A stretch of DNA of 60,072 nucleotides, filler included, from Hausera hauseri (GCA_046269625.1; 9 parts of 9 records of this genome joined end to end with filler, not necessarily neighbours in it); one strand, 5' to 3'. Numbered from the whole stretch's first letter, positions 45,943 to 59,870 are shown. The notes: a model not told the origin generated them from the sequence alone. Translations and numbers: made by a program.

Positions 45943-48900
45943 TATATGCCCTACATGTGAGATAGTATGCCAAACCAATTATGAAGACTTTTACAATGCC
46001 CATAAGCAATACCTGATTTCCTTAACCAAGTCACTTCTATGCCTAAACAAAATCAAAGATGCAGTTCATACGTGTATTGCACATGTGCAATACGCAACCC
46101 TTAGAACTGTCATAATACTATGAGGAGCTATTATGGATACAAATTCAACAGGATCCTCTATTATATTTGTCCAGGATGTGGGGCTGTTGGAGAATACATG
46201 CAGTTTTACGAAGATTATATTGCCCATTTCACAGACTTTAAGTCAAAGTCAAAAAAGGTCATCTTTAATGAGCAGCAGCCTGCTTCGGCAGCACAGACTG
46301 TTTCAGCAGCACACCCAGTTGTACAGCCTGCTTCGACAGCAAGGCCCAATGCAAGACTAAAACGCATAGCAGCAGCAGTAGAAGATGCTCCATCTAAAAG
46401 CCAAAGATAGGGGCCAGTTGATGCTGTAACATTAAAAAAATGCTTTAAGTATGTTATTGATGCAACTGGTCAAACAACTCTTCAAGACTTCCTCTTATAC
46501 GCAAAGGACAAGACAGAGGGAATTCTTCAGGACAACGTGGATGAGCTCAAAGCCCTTAAGGTGAATATGAAACTGGAGGCCACATACATCAATGTTGATG
46601 GCGAAAAATTAAATAGGGCCTCCAAGACTAAAAATAGGCCCATATTGGAAAACACCAATAGAGTAGAATGGCTGCAAGAGGCACACGAGAAGCTGATCCG
46701 TGAAGCCGAGGAAAGCCGCGATAAGAAGAGCTAATGGACTCTGGCAACCATCAAGAGATTGTGTGTGTATGTTCACAAGTACTTCCCAATACGAGGTAGT
46801 TCATATATTCAGTACCCTGATTAGATCGTTAATAAAAAGTATGCATCAATGTCCATAATAGCGACAACATGTGTTTCATCAATGCTATTCTATCAAAACT
46901 CGTAACGATCAAAATCATGCTTCGCAAGTTTTGCTATATAAGGATATGGAGCACTGCTATGACTTCCAATGTTTCACATTCCCTCCATTCATAGATGAAG
47001 TCAAAAATTTAGAAAAGTCAACAACATGTCCATCAATATCTTGGGATTGGATGAAGAGGACAAATTCTGTCCCCTGAACATATGTGATACTAAATTGGAA
47101 GATCATAGGGATCTGCTCATACTAGACGATGGAGAAACGAAACATTATGTTTGGATCAAAGACTTTGAGCGGTTAGTAAGATCACAAATTACAAAATATC
47201 ATAGACAAATAGAAATATGTAAACGATGCTTGTCCCGTTTCAGCGGCGATGCAGCGGTATTGAAACTTTCAGAGCCCAAGATGTACTGCACCAACAATTA
47301 TTGTATAAGGCCAGAATTTCCCAAGGAGGATTACATTAAATTCAAGGAGTTCGAGACGATCAGGGTACCAATAGTCATATATTGCGACTTTGAAGCGATC
47401 TTGCGTCAAGTTCAGAGTTGCAGTCCCAATCCCCAACACAGCAACATAAAAGGATACCAATATCATGAGCTTTCATCATATTGCACGTATGCCAAATGAG
47501 AGGACAGTGGACCATATCTATTCAAAGTGCCAAATGCAGCAGTTCATTTCATGAAACGACTTGAAGATATCGCTCATAGGCTTGGAGATATAGTGCGGCA
47601 TAAGGATACAATGAGCATGCCGAAGAAGCAAGAAGAAGAATGGCAACAGCATGTTACCTGTGCTCCAAATCATTCACTAAGCAGAATCATAAAGTCAGGG
47701 ATCACTGCCATTTCACAGGCACATATCGAGGCGCGACATGCAACAACTGCCATCTACGCTGAAAAACATGTACATATGTGCCTGTAGTGTTCCATAGCCT
47801 TAGTGGCTATGATTCCCATTTTTTGTTCGGGGACTGGGAACATTGAAGGAAACATTGATGTGATCCCAGTGAGTAGAACTATATCACATTTAAAAAGTAT
47901 GTTGGGAAAATCAGGCTTCACGTCGTAGACAGCTTTGTTTCATGTCGTTTTCACTTGACAGTTTAGTGAAGAACCTCCTTCAGAAGAACTCAAGGAGACG
48001 AAGCGGTTCTTCCTCACGATATTTGACCTTGTTAAAAGGAAATGCGTGTTTTCCTTTGACTATATAACATCATGGGAAACACTGGATGAGACCTCATTGC
48101 CGGCTAAGAAGGAAATTTGCAATATCCTCTCATATAGAAATATCAGTGATGCTGACTACCAGCATGCTCCGAATATTTGCATGCATTCTAATGCCTAACA
48201 TTAGCAGAATACAACAACCTATATTTCAAGACGGACGTGCTGCTTCTGACAGATGTTTTTGAGAGTTTCAGGGATGTTACGATGAAGAGCCATGCACTGG
48301 ATCCGGCTCATTTCTTTACGGCTCCAGGGATAAGCTGGGCAAATATGCTGAGATATACAGATGTCCGGCTGCAGATCATAAAGGATTACGACATGATCGT
48401 CATGATCGAGAGAGGCATTAAAATGGAATATACCAGGCCATTCACCGGTATAGCAAGGGCAACAATAAGTATATGGCCCAGTATTATCCATCCAAGGAAT
48501 CCTCATATATCATATCTGGATGCCAACAACCTATATGGATGGGCTATATGCCCATTACCATATGACGACTTCAAGTGGGTCGCATATCCCGAAAACATCC
48601 CTATACTGGATCTGGATCACAGTGGAGATACGGGCTACATATTGGAGGTGGATATGGAATATCTGGCTTCTATCTACGCAAGGTATCTACAGCTACCTTT
48701 CTTCCCTGAGAGCAAGACTCCGCCCCCTGGAAAGCATAGAAAGCTGCTTTGCCATCTGGATAGTGGGGAGAGGTATGTAGATCCATCGGGCCCTGCAGTT
48801 CAGCCAGTCCAACTGGCTGCAGCCCTGCATAGATCTCAATACCAAGCTGCGGACAAATGCCAAGAACGACTTTGAGAAGGACCAGTTCATGCTGTACAAC

Positions 48901-49651
48901 AGCAGCGTTTTTGGCAAGACCATGGATAGTATCCGCAACAGGATCAACATCAAACTGGTCTCTAAGTGGAAGCGGGCAAAGAACTTCATTGCCAATTCCA
49001 ACTTCCACAGCAGTACCATATATGCGGAGAACTTGGTCAGCATCCATGTTCTGAAAACATCATTACAATTTAACAAGCTCATATATGTGGGTATGGCAAT
49101 ACTGGACCTGTCAAAGACCTTGATGTACAAATTTCACTATGACATCATGGCCCCCACATTCAAGTTCGTACAGCTAATGTATATGGATACTGATAGTTTC
49201 ATCTATCACATCCATACAGAGGACATTTATGAGGACTTTGCTCAGTTGGCAGAGCATATGGATACCTCGGACTATCCGAAGGATCATCCCAACTATTCAA
49301 TTGCCAGCAAAAAAGGTCCTTGGGAAATTCAAAGACGAGGTGAATGGGGCAATAATATCGAGATTTGTGGCTCTCAGATCAAAAATGAATGTCCTAGACG
49401 TATGTTGCTAAATAAAGAAGCGGACAAAAGGAGTTCAAAGGACTGCATTGACCAAGATCAGTTTTCAAGACTATGTGAGGGTTCTGCAGTAGCAGACTCA
49501 CATTATATCGGAAATAAAAAGGATCCAATCTAGGGATCATAACATCCAAACAGTAACAATTCATAAAAAAAGCCTAGATTGGATGGACAACAAGAGGCAG
49601 ATCCTGAGCGATGGAATTTACAAATTACCTCATGGACATGTGGCATTGTAA
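45943..49651 (+). pseudogene. Near full-length Polinton-type protein-primed PolB with many frameshifts
   Basis: HYVWIKDF, YCDFEA, VRDHCHFTGTYRG, SGYDSH, TDVLLLTDVFESFR, YLDANNLYGW, NSSVFGKTM, YMDTDS, DNKRQI..LPHGH; AATAAA at ~49685. Confidence 0.93.
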
Positions 49652-50077
49652 ATATTATTGTCTTTCTTTGTTATTCTTTTGTTTAATAAATGCTGTATAG
49701 AAATATTGTGTTGTCTTCTTGATCAAGTAATATGGGATATAGGATAAGGCCAAGTGAAACTAAGTAACTACTATATAGAATATGACCAACTAATTTCATA
49801 ACACATTTATGTCGTAACAATATAACTTTGACATAACGCTAAACACTTTTTAAAAGCACAGTGTGAACCATGTTCACGATAAATGCATGTAATGTTCTTT
49901 GGTATAGCCACCAATTTACCACATTCGTATGCACATATTCGCAGTTCTGGAAATGTGCTATTAAATAACTTCTTCTTNNNNNNNNNNNNNNNNNNNNNNN
50001 NNNNNNNNNNNNNNNNNNNNNTTAATTAATTAANNNNNNNNNNNNNNNNNNNNNNNNNNNNNNNNNNNNNNNNNNNN

Positions 50078-50323
50078 TTGCGTAATCTCTGACCAGTTCT
50101 CATCAAACCCATCAATTACCGTTATCGATTTCAGTTTACAAAATTCCTGATGTGCCAAATCGGACTCACCATCATTGCCAACACCCTGATGCCAGTAAAT
50201 ATGATTGTACCTCGGTGAATGGAACATGTCACGGTCGTTCTGCAATAGTTTACACACAAGGGGTGTTTTTTCACTTCCCCTGGGGCCTAAAATCTGGAAA
50301 ATGGCATCATTCTGCAGTTTCAT
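50078..50323 (-). pseudogene. Polinton/Maverick packaging ATPase (A32/FtsK-like), 5' fragment
   Basis: FQILGPRGSEKT (degenerate Walker A)..LL....MF......IYW on the same contig as a PolB. Confidence 0.7.
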
Positions 50324-50802
50324 CTAATAATAATAATAATACAACCTTTTCTCACATGATTTGTTTATAATCGTGTTACACGCACACATGTATAGCTATA
50401 GTACAAACACTCTTTCTGTAATGTTAGCTAACATCAACTATCGCGGACATGCTACCGAGTGTGATATTAACACATTACCTTTTAATCAATGGAAGCCGAG
50501 GCAGTATGTCCTTAATTGTCCACCGGATTTTGCATGCACAATATTTTAATCAGAAAAGTGTCGTATGATGGGTTGTCGCAAACCAATCACAGCTGACAGT
50601 AATAATAAACTACCGCCATTCGGAATTGTCATTGACCAAATCCAATCAATAACGGTAACGACTCAGTTAGACTACCAAACAATCTGTGCAAATTAGCAAT
50701 GGCCGCTGCTGAATGTACATGTGAACACAAACTGTTTCTTGATCTGAGACTGACATTGTTTTGTCCACTTTGTGTTAATGTGTTTAGCAGTGGAAAATTG
50801 TT

Positions 50803-51408
50803 GTGCTCGGTATTCGGACAGTGGACTATGATCCTATTATTAATCAAATTAAAAACCACATACATGTTTTAGTTAATCAAAATAACGTACTCTGCACAAC
50901 AAAAAACTATGAATACCATTCCCATGTTCATTCAGACATTACTGCAATGGAAGACGACGGTAAAACGATTCTACTCAATGGTGCTTGTGAAAATGATGAA
51001 AGTTCAGATTGGTCGTGGTTGTTTCGCTACAGAAAGGGCAATTCTAATGTCAAACTGCTGGAAACGAAAACAGAACCTGTTCAACAATTAGAAAAACCTT
51101 CTAATGGCGATTGTATGCAAGGCGATTGTCTGGAAACGAAAAAGGAACTTGCTCAGAAATCAGCAGCCGCCAAACCGACATTAGAAAGGAAAAATGCAAT
51201 GATTGGAATACGTAAACGAAAATCAAAACCGTCGTGTCAAACACAGACATTTTTACCGAAACGAATTTTTCGCAAATATGAAATGCATTTTCTGCAAACG
51301 CTCGTACTGATTTCATTGAATGATCCCGTGTCTTTATGTGTACCCAAGTACAGCTATCGTGTAAAACGGCTTTTGGGTGAAAACTTTCTCATACTGTACA
51401 TCAATTAA
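50803..51408 (+). CDS. Hypothetical ORF between Polinton ATPase and PolB
   Basis: 201-codon ORF with no recognised motif; supported by context only. Confidence 0.35.
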   Translation: MLGIRTVDYDPIINQIKNHIHVLVNQNNVLCTTKNYEYHSHVHSDITAMEDDGKTILLNGACENDESSDWSWLFRYRKGNSNVKLLETKTEPVQQLEKPSNGDCMQGDCLETKKELAQKSAAAKPTLERKNAMIGIRKRKSKPSCQTQTFLPKRIFRKYEMHFLQTLVLISLNDPVSLCVPKYSYRVKRLLGENFLILYIN

Positions 51409-51642
51409 ACGTGAATTTAAAGTTGAACGAAAAGACCGTGTAACACCAATCTGTCGTTTTACCTGCGCAGAAAATGAAATCGTTTGATTTTATCGGTCGC
51501 GAAATGTCTCATGTACCCGATGATGGTTTAAAGTCTCGACTGAGTATTAAATTGTAAGGACACGAGGAAAAAGCCGTATTGGTCAGTTGAATAATTCAAA
51601 AACTATAAATACGGGTAAGTTATAGTAATAATAATAATCATC

Positions 51643-52046
51643 ATGGAAATAGTTAATAAATTGAAGCAATTGCAAAATTTTGATGGATTATCAATTTCAG
51701 ACTTGGTACGATGGTGGCAAATACTTGATAGTTATCTGGTTGCGAGAGCAAGTGATTTTGGATTTAAAGATTTAGCGTCAATAGCACTTATGACAACAAA
51801 TCGCAGCTATACAGAAAATCTAAAATCTAACTCGACAATGACTTGGAGTTGTCTAAAGATATCCGAGATACCTCATTTTTTCTCAAGGGCAATATGCGGA
51901 AAATTGTCCGTTCAAATGGAGAAGTATCAGCAGCATTGCCAGCTGAAGGAGCTAAAGGCTATCTAATTCTGAAGTTGAAAGGCGGCAAGGAAATAATGTT
52001 CCTGAAATCCCAAATGTGGAAACTGACAAAATTCAGTTTAATTTGA
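51643..52046 (+). pseudogene. Hypothetical Polinton accessory gene split by a frameshift
   Basis: Overlapping ORFs 51643-51966 and 51843-52046 followed by AATAAA (~52076); convergent with PolB. Confidence 0.35.
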
Positions 52047-52342
52047 CGTGATTTTGTGGTTTGTGATTAATGCTTAATAAACTTATTTGCATTTGTAGTT
52101 AAATTGACTTTGTAATACTGTATTAAAATTTAATTATAACTAACGCTTTCTTAGTCATCATTTAATATGAAGAAAATTAAATAACTATATAAAACAGAAC
52201 GAAAAAAGTCGGTGAACAAAAATACATCATTGCGATATAACAATAAGCAATAAAAATCACAAGGTGTCAGTAATTGTCACAATGTACAAATGACTGTAAC
52301 TGTCTGCCTCGAATCGTCGGAACACAAGGAATGACGTGTGTG

Positions 52343-55300
52343 TCATTTCAAACGCCAATGCCCATACGTCCAACTCTTATTTCGGCCCACCCACTTTCGC
52401 TTATCATCATTACATGACAGCGATTTTTGTGTTTGTTATAGTATACAGCTAGTGCTCAATCGATCGTATGGTCGTTTGACACAGCCATTGATTTTCCTTT
52501 TTGTCGTCCTCCGTCTTCTACTGCTGCTTCATAGATACGGCGATAATCACCGTGGCTTATTTCCATCTTGAACAGCTGAACAACTTTTGTGCGCATTTTC
52601 GATCCACGCTCCGTCAGGAGACTGTAGCACTTTGGGCGCAGGAATATCCATTCTCGGTACTGAACACCGCCTTCGCTTTCATCCTTGAAGCAGCCGATTT
52701 TGTTCGTGATGGCGTAGCTATACAGCGGATAATTCTGTGGGTAATGGAACGTCCAGTAATCCATCTGCCATCACTTACCGGAGCAGTTGGTCGCGATTGA
52801 CGTTTTTCAGCTCAAGGGAAAAGCTGTCTGTGTCACCAGCAACGATACTGATATCAGCCGTCGAACATTTTCCGGTAACGTGCCAAGTCGCGATACTGGA
52901 GCTCGTACATTCGCAACTTGCTCAGGTTCAATACCACTTGTCCGATATAGCTTAGTCGGTCCAGTACGACTTCTTCCCTGTTTAACAGCATGGCGATCAA
53001 ACTATCGACAATATACATTGACCGCCTGAACTGAGCCTTGCTGGTGTACGTAACCAGCCACTTTTCGTTGTTACATAGGCGCACATTGAGACGCTTTTCG
53101 AGGTTCTCTGCTGTTTTGACGAAGAGAATTATTTTTCAACTTGTAGCAGTCCTTTTCGAACTTTGTACAAGCTGCGGCTCGTTTTTCTGAATTTCCGTCA
53201 AATTATGCCTTTAATATCGGCGCCTGATTGAATTTGATTGCGCGATGCAGCTGTATGACGCGTACACCGAGCTGCATGTAGAACTGTAGCAGACGTCAAT
53301 GAAGCACGTAATTCGACTTCGGTTCATGCGTCATGAGGAGTTTCTTCACCTTTGAATCTCCAAACGGACATTGGCTGATTGGTGCGACAGGTAATTGGTC
53401 CAAAGCGTCATGCAACTCATCCGGTACCACGAGATCAACTTCCATCACGTAGCCCAATGAACGGTTTTCTGCAGTCTACGTCGGTAAATTTTGCAATATT
53501 GCCTCCAGATCTTGCTTGTCCGTTAACCATTCAAATGAACCGTACAACAAGGGTTGCGAAAGCGCCTAGCCGTACAAGTTAATGTCAATGTACAGCAGTG
53601 ATGTGGTGTTACCATCACTGGTTACGTGGTGCTTGTTGACAAATGTCGTGCCGCCACGAATAGCAACATGAAACAGTCGGTACATTTCTGGGTCTTGTGA
53701 CATCTCAATGTCCCGGCCCAATGTGACGCCCAACTCATTCCCGGTATGGAGTAAAAGTTTAGCAGCTCCAGCCTATCGTCCGCCAACGCCTTAGTCCGAA
53801 ATGTCTGAAACACGTTGGCCAGCAAGTACACGTCCAGTTTCAGATACTGGAACATGTAATCCAATAGGCTTCTGCAGCCGAGCTCTAACAAAGATTCCTG
53901 TGCTCTGCAATATTCATCTTCTGTTATACTCGGCCACTGCGGCGGCAATTCCTCTGTTGTCTGAAGCCGCTCGTCATACGAGAATATGCCTTTGCTAGGT
54001 GCAATATGCATCGGAAACTACGTTGATGTTAACGGCACATCCGGCAAGGCATTTACCAGCTTTGCTAGACTCATCAGGGAACTGTAATGAGTCGTGGAAT
54101 CGCACCTGGAACCGGTTTATGCGTGCCGGCAGAGACAAGTATTTCTCCATCGTTGCTGGGATTATGGATAGTTCCCAGTGTGGAAATCCATTAATGACCC
54201 ATGTCAGATTACGGTGACAATCATAATCCCTGAAGATATGAAATATCACTGGCAGGAATGGCCGCACACGCCGTGCTAAATTGCATGAATTTCATGCTGC
54301 TCCCATGTATCATCCGGTAAAGTGGTCGTGATCAGGTACGAGCCGTTCCTGTTTAGCGAATGTTAATATTTTGCGGCACAGGTAGCATTTATCTGTGACT
54401 GAGAACGTAAGGCGTTCGTCTTCGTCTGTCCAGATCAAAGGCTTAGTGCTGTTGTTATTACCACGGTGCGATTTCCGCTTCAACTATTGCCTCCAACTGG
54501 TGCAGGAAATCACGTACACAGTTCCATCTGTGGAAAACGTAATACTTCCGCTGTCCGGTGGCTTTTATTGGTACTAGAAACATACCGACAGTGATTGAAA
54601 TGTGCTTTTGGTAATATATGTTGTGCCGCGGTAGAATTGCTTCAATATCGGCATAGACCACATATGCCGCATTGTCCATTTTCGACCAGTCACTGAATCT
54701 CAGCTCCTTTTTGACGAGGATGACGTACATTGTTGTTCCCGATAAGTTTCGTCTGAATAGCGCCACGTGTTTTCCCATTTCGCTTCTCATCTGAAGCTAT
54801 GCAAACATATAGGACACCGTTTACAGCGTATTTGTTTTTGGATGAAATGGTCATGGTCCAAGTTCAACATTCTGTCCAGATGTTACGGCCACGTAATGAA
54901 AATTTTCTGCCTGCTCCAACAGCAACAGGTATATTGGACGTCAGTTCGAGCTCCGACTTTGATAGATTATGTCCACGTGAGGATTCTTGTAAATTTCCTC
55001 ATCTGCCGGTATCTCTATTACTGAGTTGTACCGAAAAACGTTGATTGACAGTGTCGGATTACGCCGTTCAAAAGCCGGAATGGTTTTGAGTTTCATCTGC
55101 ATCGAGTTTTCATCAAAGTTCAATTCGGAAAAATACTGACGATGTCTTTTTGAACGATTTGCACGATTTCTGGGCACTTTGTCAAATTTTAATAAGGCTA
55201 AAATACTATAAAGAAAACAGTATTCGTCGCTATTATTTTCTACATTCACTACAGTTTTAGAGTGCTTTAAGGCTGTAAGTGTCGGTATGAATGATCTCCT

Positions 55301-55879
55301 CGACAAGTAAATCGTGTCACTCGACTTTTTAATGATAAAACTGAGAGTGACAATCTTTAAAATTCGCCATTCACTACCATTTTCCGTGTAGTTGACGATT
55401 TTCTCCTCGAACTTTTCGCCAATCTCAGCGATAAAATCCTCGGTATATGGTACAGCTCGATGTGACAGGTACCGTTGTTTCCTGTCGCTTTGCACGTTTT
55501 CGAATTCTGCAAGTGCATAATACTGCACTTTGCAGTGGTGGTGTTGGAATTTGTCCACTTCAGATTCCAACCGGTTTCGCACAATGGATGGAACATGTCT
55601 TAATTGCGTTGTTGTCGCTGACATGTTCACTTTTATATCCACGTACGATTTTTTCAGATCGTACTTGACAGTAATGCGTGGTTCCTCCCTCTGTTGCTCC
55701 TGTTCCTGCTGCTGCTGCTCCTTCTGCTGTTTTTGATTTCTGTTGTTTTGCAAGTATTCGTCAAGGCCTGTTGATGCCTCACGTTTCCTACTTGTTGAGG
55801 GAATACTGTTTCTGCTGCTGCTGATTTTTCTGCTTCCATTAATATTTGTTTTTTCGACCGCTTAAACTGGTTTAAATGG
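52343..55879 (-). pseudogene. Near full-length Polinton-type protein-primed PolB, decayed, with Q-rich N-terminus
   Basis: YTENGSEW, NVENNSDEYCFLYSI, YADIEA, DHDHFTG, YLKLDVYLL, LLYIDINLYG, KLKNNS, GDTDS, IGCFKDE, LRPKCYS, DDKR..YGHW. Confidence 0.93.
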
Positions 55880-55979
55880 NNNNNNNNNNNNNNNNNNNNN
55901 NNNNNNNNNNNNNNNNNNNNNNNTTAATTAATTAANNNNNNNNNNNNNNNNNNNNNNNNNNNNNNNNNNNNNNNNNNNN

Positions 55980-57850
55980 CGGTTTCAGTTCCGTCATGTA
56001 ATTTTTCGTTTTCTTTTGCTTGGTCGCACAGACTTCACAAGCATTTACCCAATTCTTTAAATCAATATAAATGCTGGGTCAAAAGTATTTGTTCACTATT
56101 CTTTCTAGTATTTTCTTCCAAAACATGTGTCCTGCCAAATATTAATCGCGTTCCGACATCAAAGCTTCGGTTCGCAATTTTTTCGGAATAACTGTCAATT
56201 TTTTTCCTTTTCGCTCACAATATAGAAGGTTTTAGAGACCTTTGTTGCTCAGAACACAATATTTCTGTGCATGCCTACGTAGATGTTTTTTTAATTTTCG
56301 TCCTTTTGGTATTATGTCCTTCTCGGAAAATTCTATAATCTGCTGGATAATTCTATCCTTTCTTTGTTTGGTTATGATTTTAATCTGTTTATCCAACGTT
56401 AATGCGCGTTAGCGATCTATTGTTTCTTCAAGATGACTTCTCTTCATTACAGTGATTGCACTTGTTTTAGTCTTTAATCTTTATAGCGCAACGGCATCTA
56501 CATGCTTATTTCCTGCCTTATACCGGAATTCGATATTGTGTCTAGAGATTTCTTCAATCCATTTGTTAAGTCTACATTTCGGGTTATTTGCTCGGCCTTT
56601 TAGAGTTGTAACGGCTTTGTGATCTGTGAAGATTATAATTTTCTGGACGTACACGTAAACGTTGAAGTGTTGAAGCGCTTCTTTTACAGCTAGACTTTCT
56701 AATTCAGTAACAGAATCATTTTTCTCGGCTGTTTGAGGATGGCTTTCCATAAGCAATTCTTCACTTTTCTGTGCTAATTCATATCCAGTACCTTCTTTAC
56801 TGGCATCTGCCTTAATTATAAAGTATAAGTTAAAATCTGGGTATTGCAAAACTGATTCACTTGTTAATATCTTCTTCATTTTGTCCAAAGCTTTCTGTTC
56901 GACTCCTGACCATTTCCATTTAAATCCTTTTTTAAGTAGACGATATAGGGGTACAATTATTTTCGTATTGTCTGGCACATAAGTGGCATAATATCCACAT
57001 AGACCTAGCCAATGCCTTAAATCCTTCTGTTTTTGTGGCTCCATGCAATCTGAGATTTTGTTCAATAATGATTTATCTGGTTTTGATCCTCCTTCTCCAA
57101 CTATATGGCCAAGGTAGGATACTGAATTTTGAGCCCATTTACATTTTTTCGGATTTAATTTTAATCCGGCCTGTTCCAGTCAAATCAGCGTATGTTCAAC
57201 ATCCTTCAAGTCTTCCTGTTCTGTTCTAGACGCTATCATTACGTCATCTAAGTATGCCAAGGCATGATCTAGTTCCATCAACATTTTGTTCATCATTCTC
57301 GTAAAAATGGCTGGCCCGGTAATAATACTGAATGGCATAACATTAAATTCATAGACGCCATCATGTGTCTTAAACGCTGTTTTATATCGATCTTCATCTT
57401 CGATTTTTACTTGCCAATATCTCGATTGTAAATCCAGAGTGGTAAATTATTTCGCTCCTGAGAGTCTGTCTACAGCCTCTTTTACTGATGGCAATGGGAA
57501 GGAATCTTTCATCATAAGATTATTTAATTCTCTGTATTCAATACAGAATCGATGTTTAGTAGTACCTTTCTTTTTAACCATGAGGACTGATTAATACCAA
57601 GATCTATAGCGGGGCCTAATTATATCGACCTTAAGCATTCGTTCAACCTCCTCTGTTATCTCGGGTCTCAGTGAATGAGGTGGAGGATACCATTTCGCCA
57701 TCTTCTGATCCTCAATATCTATTTCTTCATTTGAACCAGGCTTTTTCTTTAGCGGGGTAGTAAATTTCAATGCTTTTGCCCTACCAATATCCTCGTCGTC
57801 CTTAGCAATAATCGATTTATAGCGACATAATAATTCATAAAAATGACAGT
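55980..57850 (-). mobile_element. Ty3/Gypsy pol (RT, RNase H, integrase zinc finger) of env-carrying element copy B
   Basis: ELLCRYKSIIA..DIG linker, KDSFPLP, TTLDLQSRYWQV, YEFNVMPF, AYLDD (~57250), ADAS, TDHKA, and GHM..CEVC. Confidence 0.93.
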
Positions 57851-57989
57851 AAGATTCTCTCGTCCCTTAGACTTGTCATCATCTCAGTTATTTCTTCGCG
57901 TATTAGGTTTTGCGAATTTCCGCTTGTACAAGAATATAGGTTTTCCTTTTTTCTTTGCAATTATGATAACCGACGTGACGTTCTACGTC

Positions 57990-59870
57990 CGATTTCCATC
58001 TATCCTCTTTGTATGCTTTCAAGAACTTTCCAAAAGGCATTATGATTGCAGTCAGTATTTTACATGAAAATCCGGTCAATGGAAATATTTCATACCCATT
58101 TATTTCTGCTTGGATGACGGCCTTAATCATTTGTATTAGAAATATATTGATAAAAATCCATATGTAGCTTGTCCAAAAATCAAAAATCTTCCCCAAATTT
58201 TGTGGCGTATTTCTGTGGTCACTCGTTGGTAATGGTTTACAACAAGCAAGGATTCCCATTTAGCTTGATATCGAGTATCATTCACTCTGGAGGCCATGGC
58301 TCAATTTAATTCGTGTGTTCGCTGTCGCGGAAAGGCGAAAAATTGTCTGAAGGCTTCAATTTCCTTAGGCCTATATATGCCCTTTGACGAGGTGTCTTGA
58401 AATTTATCGTCGGTAATTCCTTTTGCGAGATTTGTTCCCCTTAGTTTATTTTGAGCGACAATAATACCTCCATTTGGCGAACTAACCCAATCCGTTTCCC
58501 TACACCTGAACATGGTTTCTCCTAAGCTTGCTTTACAATTTTTAAGGATTGTTGGTTCAGTTGCGTTGTCTAACAACACTCTAGTAAGCGGCGTGACTAT
58601 TCTTGGAGTATTCTGATAAATAACGGGGAGTTCTTGTATGCAACGTTTTTCTTCAACGTTGATTGGTATGTCCCTTTTCTCACATTCATAAGTCAATAGG
58701 ACTTCATCGGTAACTCGACCGAAAATTTCTTCTCTCATGGGAATTATTGGCGAGGCTAGCTCAGTGTTAGCTTAAATAAGAGCCAGTTTTGTCCTCATGA
58801 TTTTCATATCTAATTTACAATCATTCGTTATCATTTTATGATATAATTCGGTTATTCCGACTCGTCCTTTGTAATAAAAGTAATCGTCTCGGTTTTTCAG
58901 GTAATCCTTAGTTCGAATGTCCTGCGTTTCTAGCTTGTAAGTTTTCGCATTTGTTTCCATTTCTGAGACGCAAAAGGCTTCATAATTAGTGGCGAACATC
59001 ACCAATTCGCAACGAGAGATCTTTTTTTTCTTAATAAATTTTAGTCCATGCTGGACGGATATTAATATAGTGAGTGTAGGGTGTTCTGCTACGTTCTTAC
59101 GTGTCCTTGAGTTGGTATCGGANNNNNNNNNNTATCTACATATCGTTTTCCGGTAGTTTCTTTAAATTTCAATTCCTTGATTTTGATGAAGTTAAAGTTT
59201 CTTCCAGAAGGAGGTTCCCATATTATAACCGAACTTCTAAAGGCACAGGTTTCGTCCTGTAATTGGCATTTTTGATTTTCGGTATACAATTTGGTGACGC
59301 TATAAAACATTACTTTCTGTACTCGCATCTCTGATTCATAGAAATCTGCGACCACTACGTTTGCTTCTAGTCCTTTTCCGGTGTCACACTCTGCTCCGCT
59401 ACAATATCCATTATTCTTGCCTAGTCTTCCAACAACTACTTTATATGCCCTAATTATCTTTCCTGGTTGCATCTCTAATTCCATACTATCCCATTCTAAT
59501 CTTCCGGTTTCCGTAGCCTGCTTACAATTATGGCGTTCCAAATTCATTTGGATTGGAGAAGTTGTTGGTTTGATTATTGAAAAATGTCCGTGGATTAATC
59601 CACAGTGAAAAATACTACAAGATTTTCTCAGCGTACATTCTATTTCGTCCAACGATATTAATTCTTGCTATTGATATAAGAAGTAATTTTTTTCTCTGGT
59701 TTCTAATTTATGTGGTCTGGCGTCTTCACATACTTCTAAATCCATTAGAGAATATTTCTCTCCTAGTTTAAACTTATCTCAGTCGTAGACGGTCACAGCA
59801 CCTATTTGCTTAATTAGCATCATCAAGGTGAGTAGGCTGATTAACCAATTGGATTCATTTTTCCGGTTAC
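57990..59870 (-). pseudogene. Chuvirus-like envelope glycoprotein, copy B, upstream of pol
   Basis: WLISLLTLMMLIKQIGAVTVYD*, FHCGLIHGH, DEVLLTYEC, CIQELPV, TPLTRVL, KGIY..FPRQR and TM segments; collinear with copy A. Confidence 0.8.
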
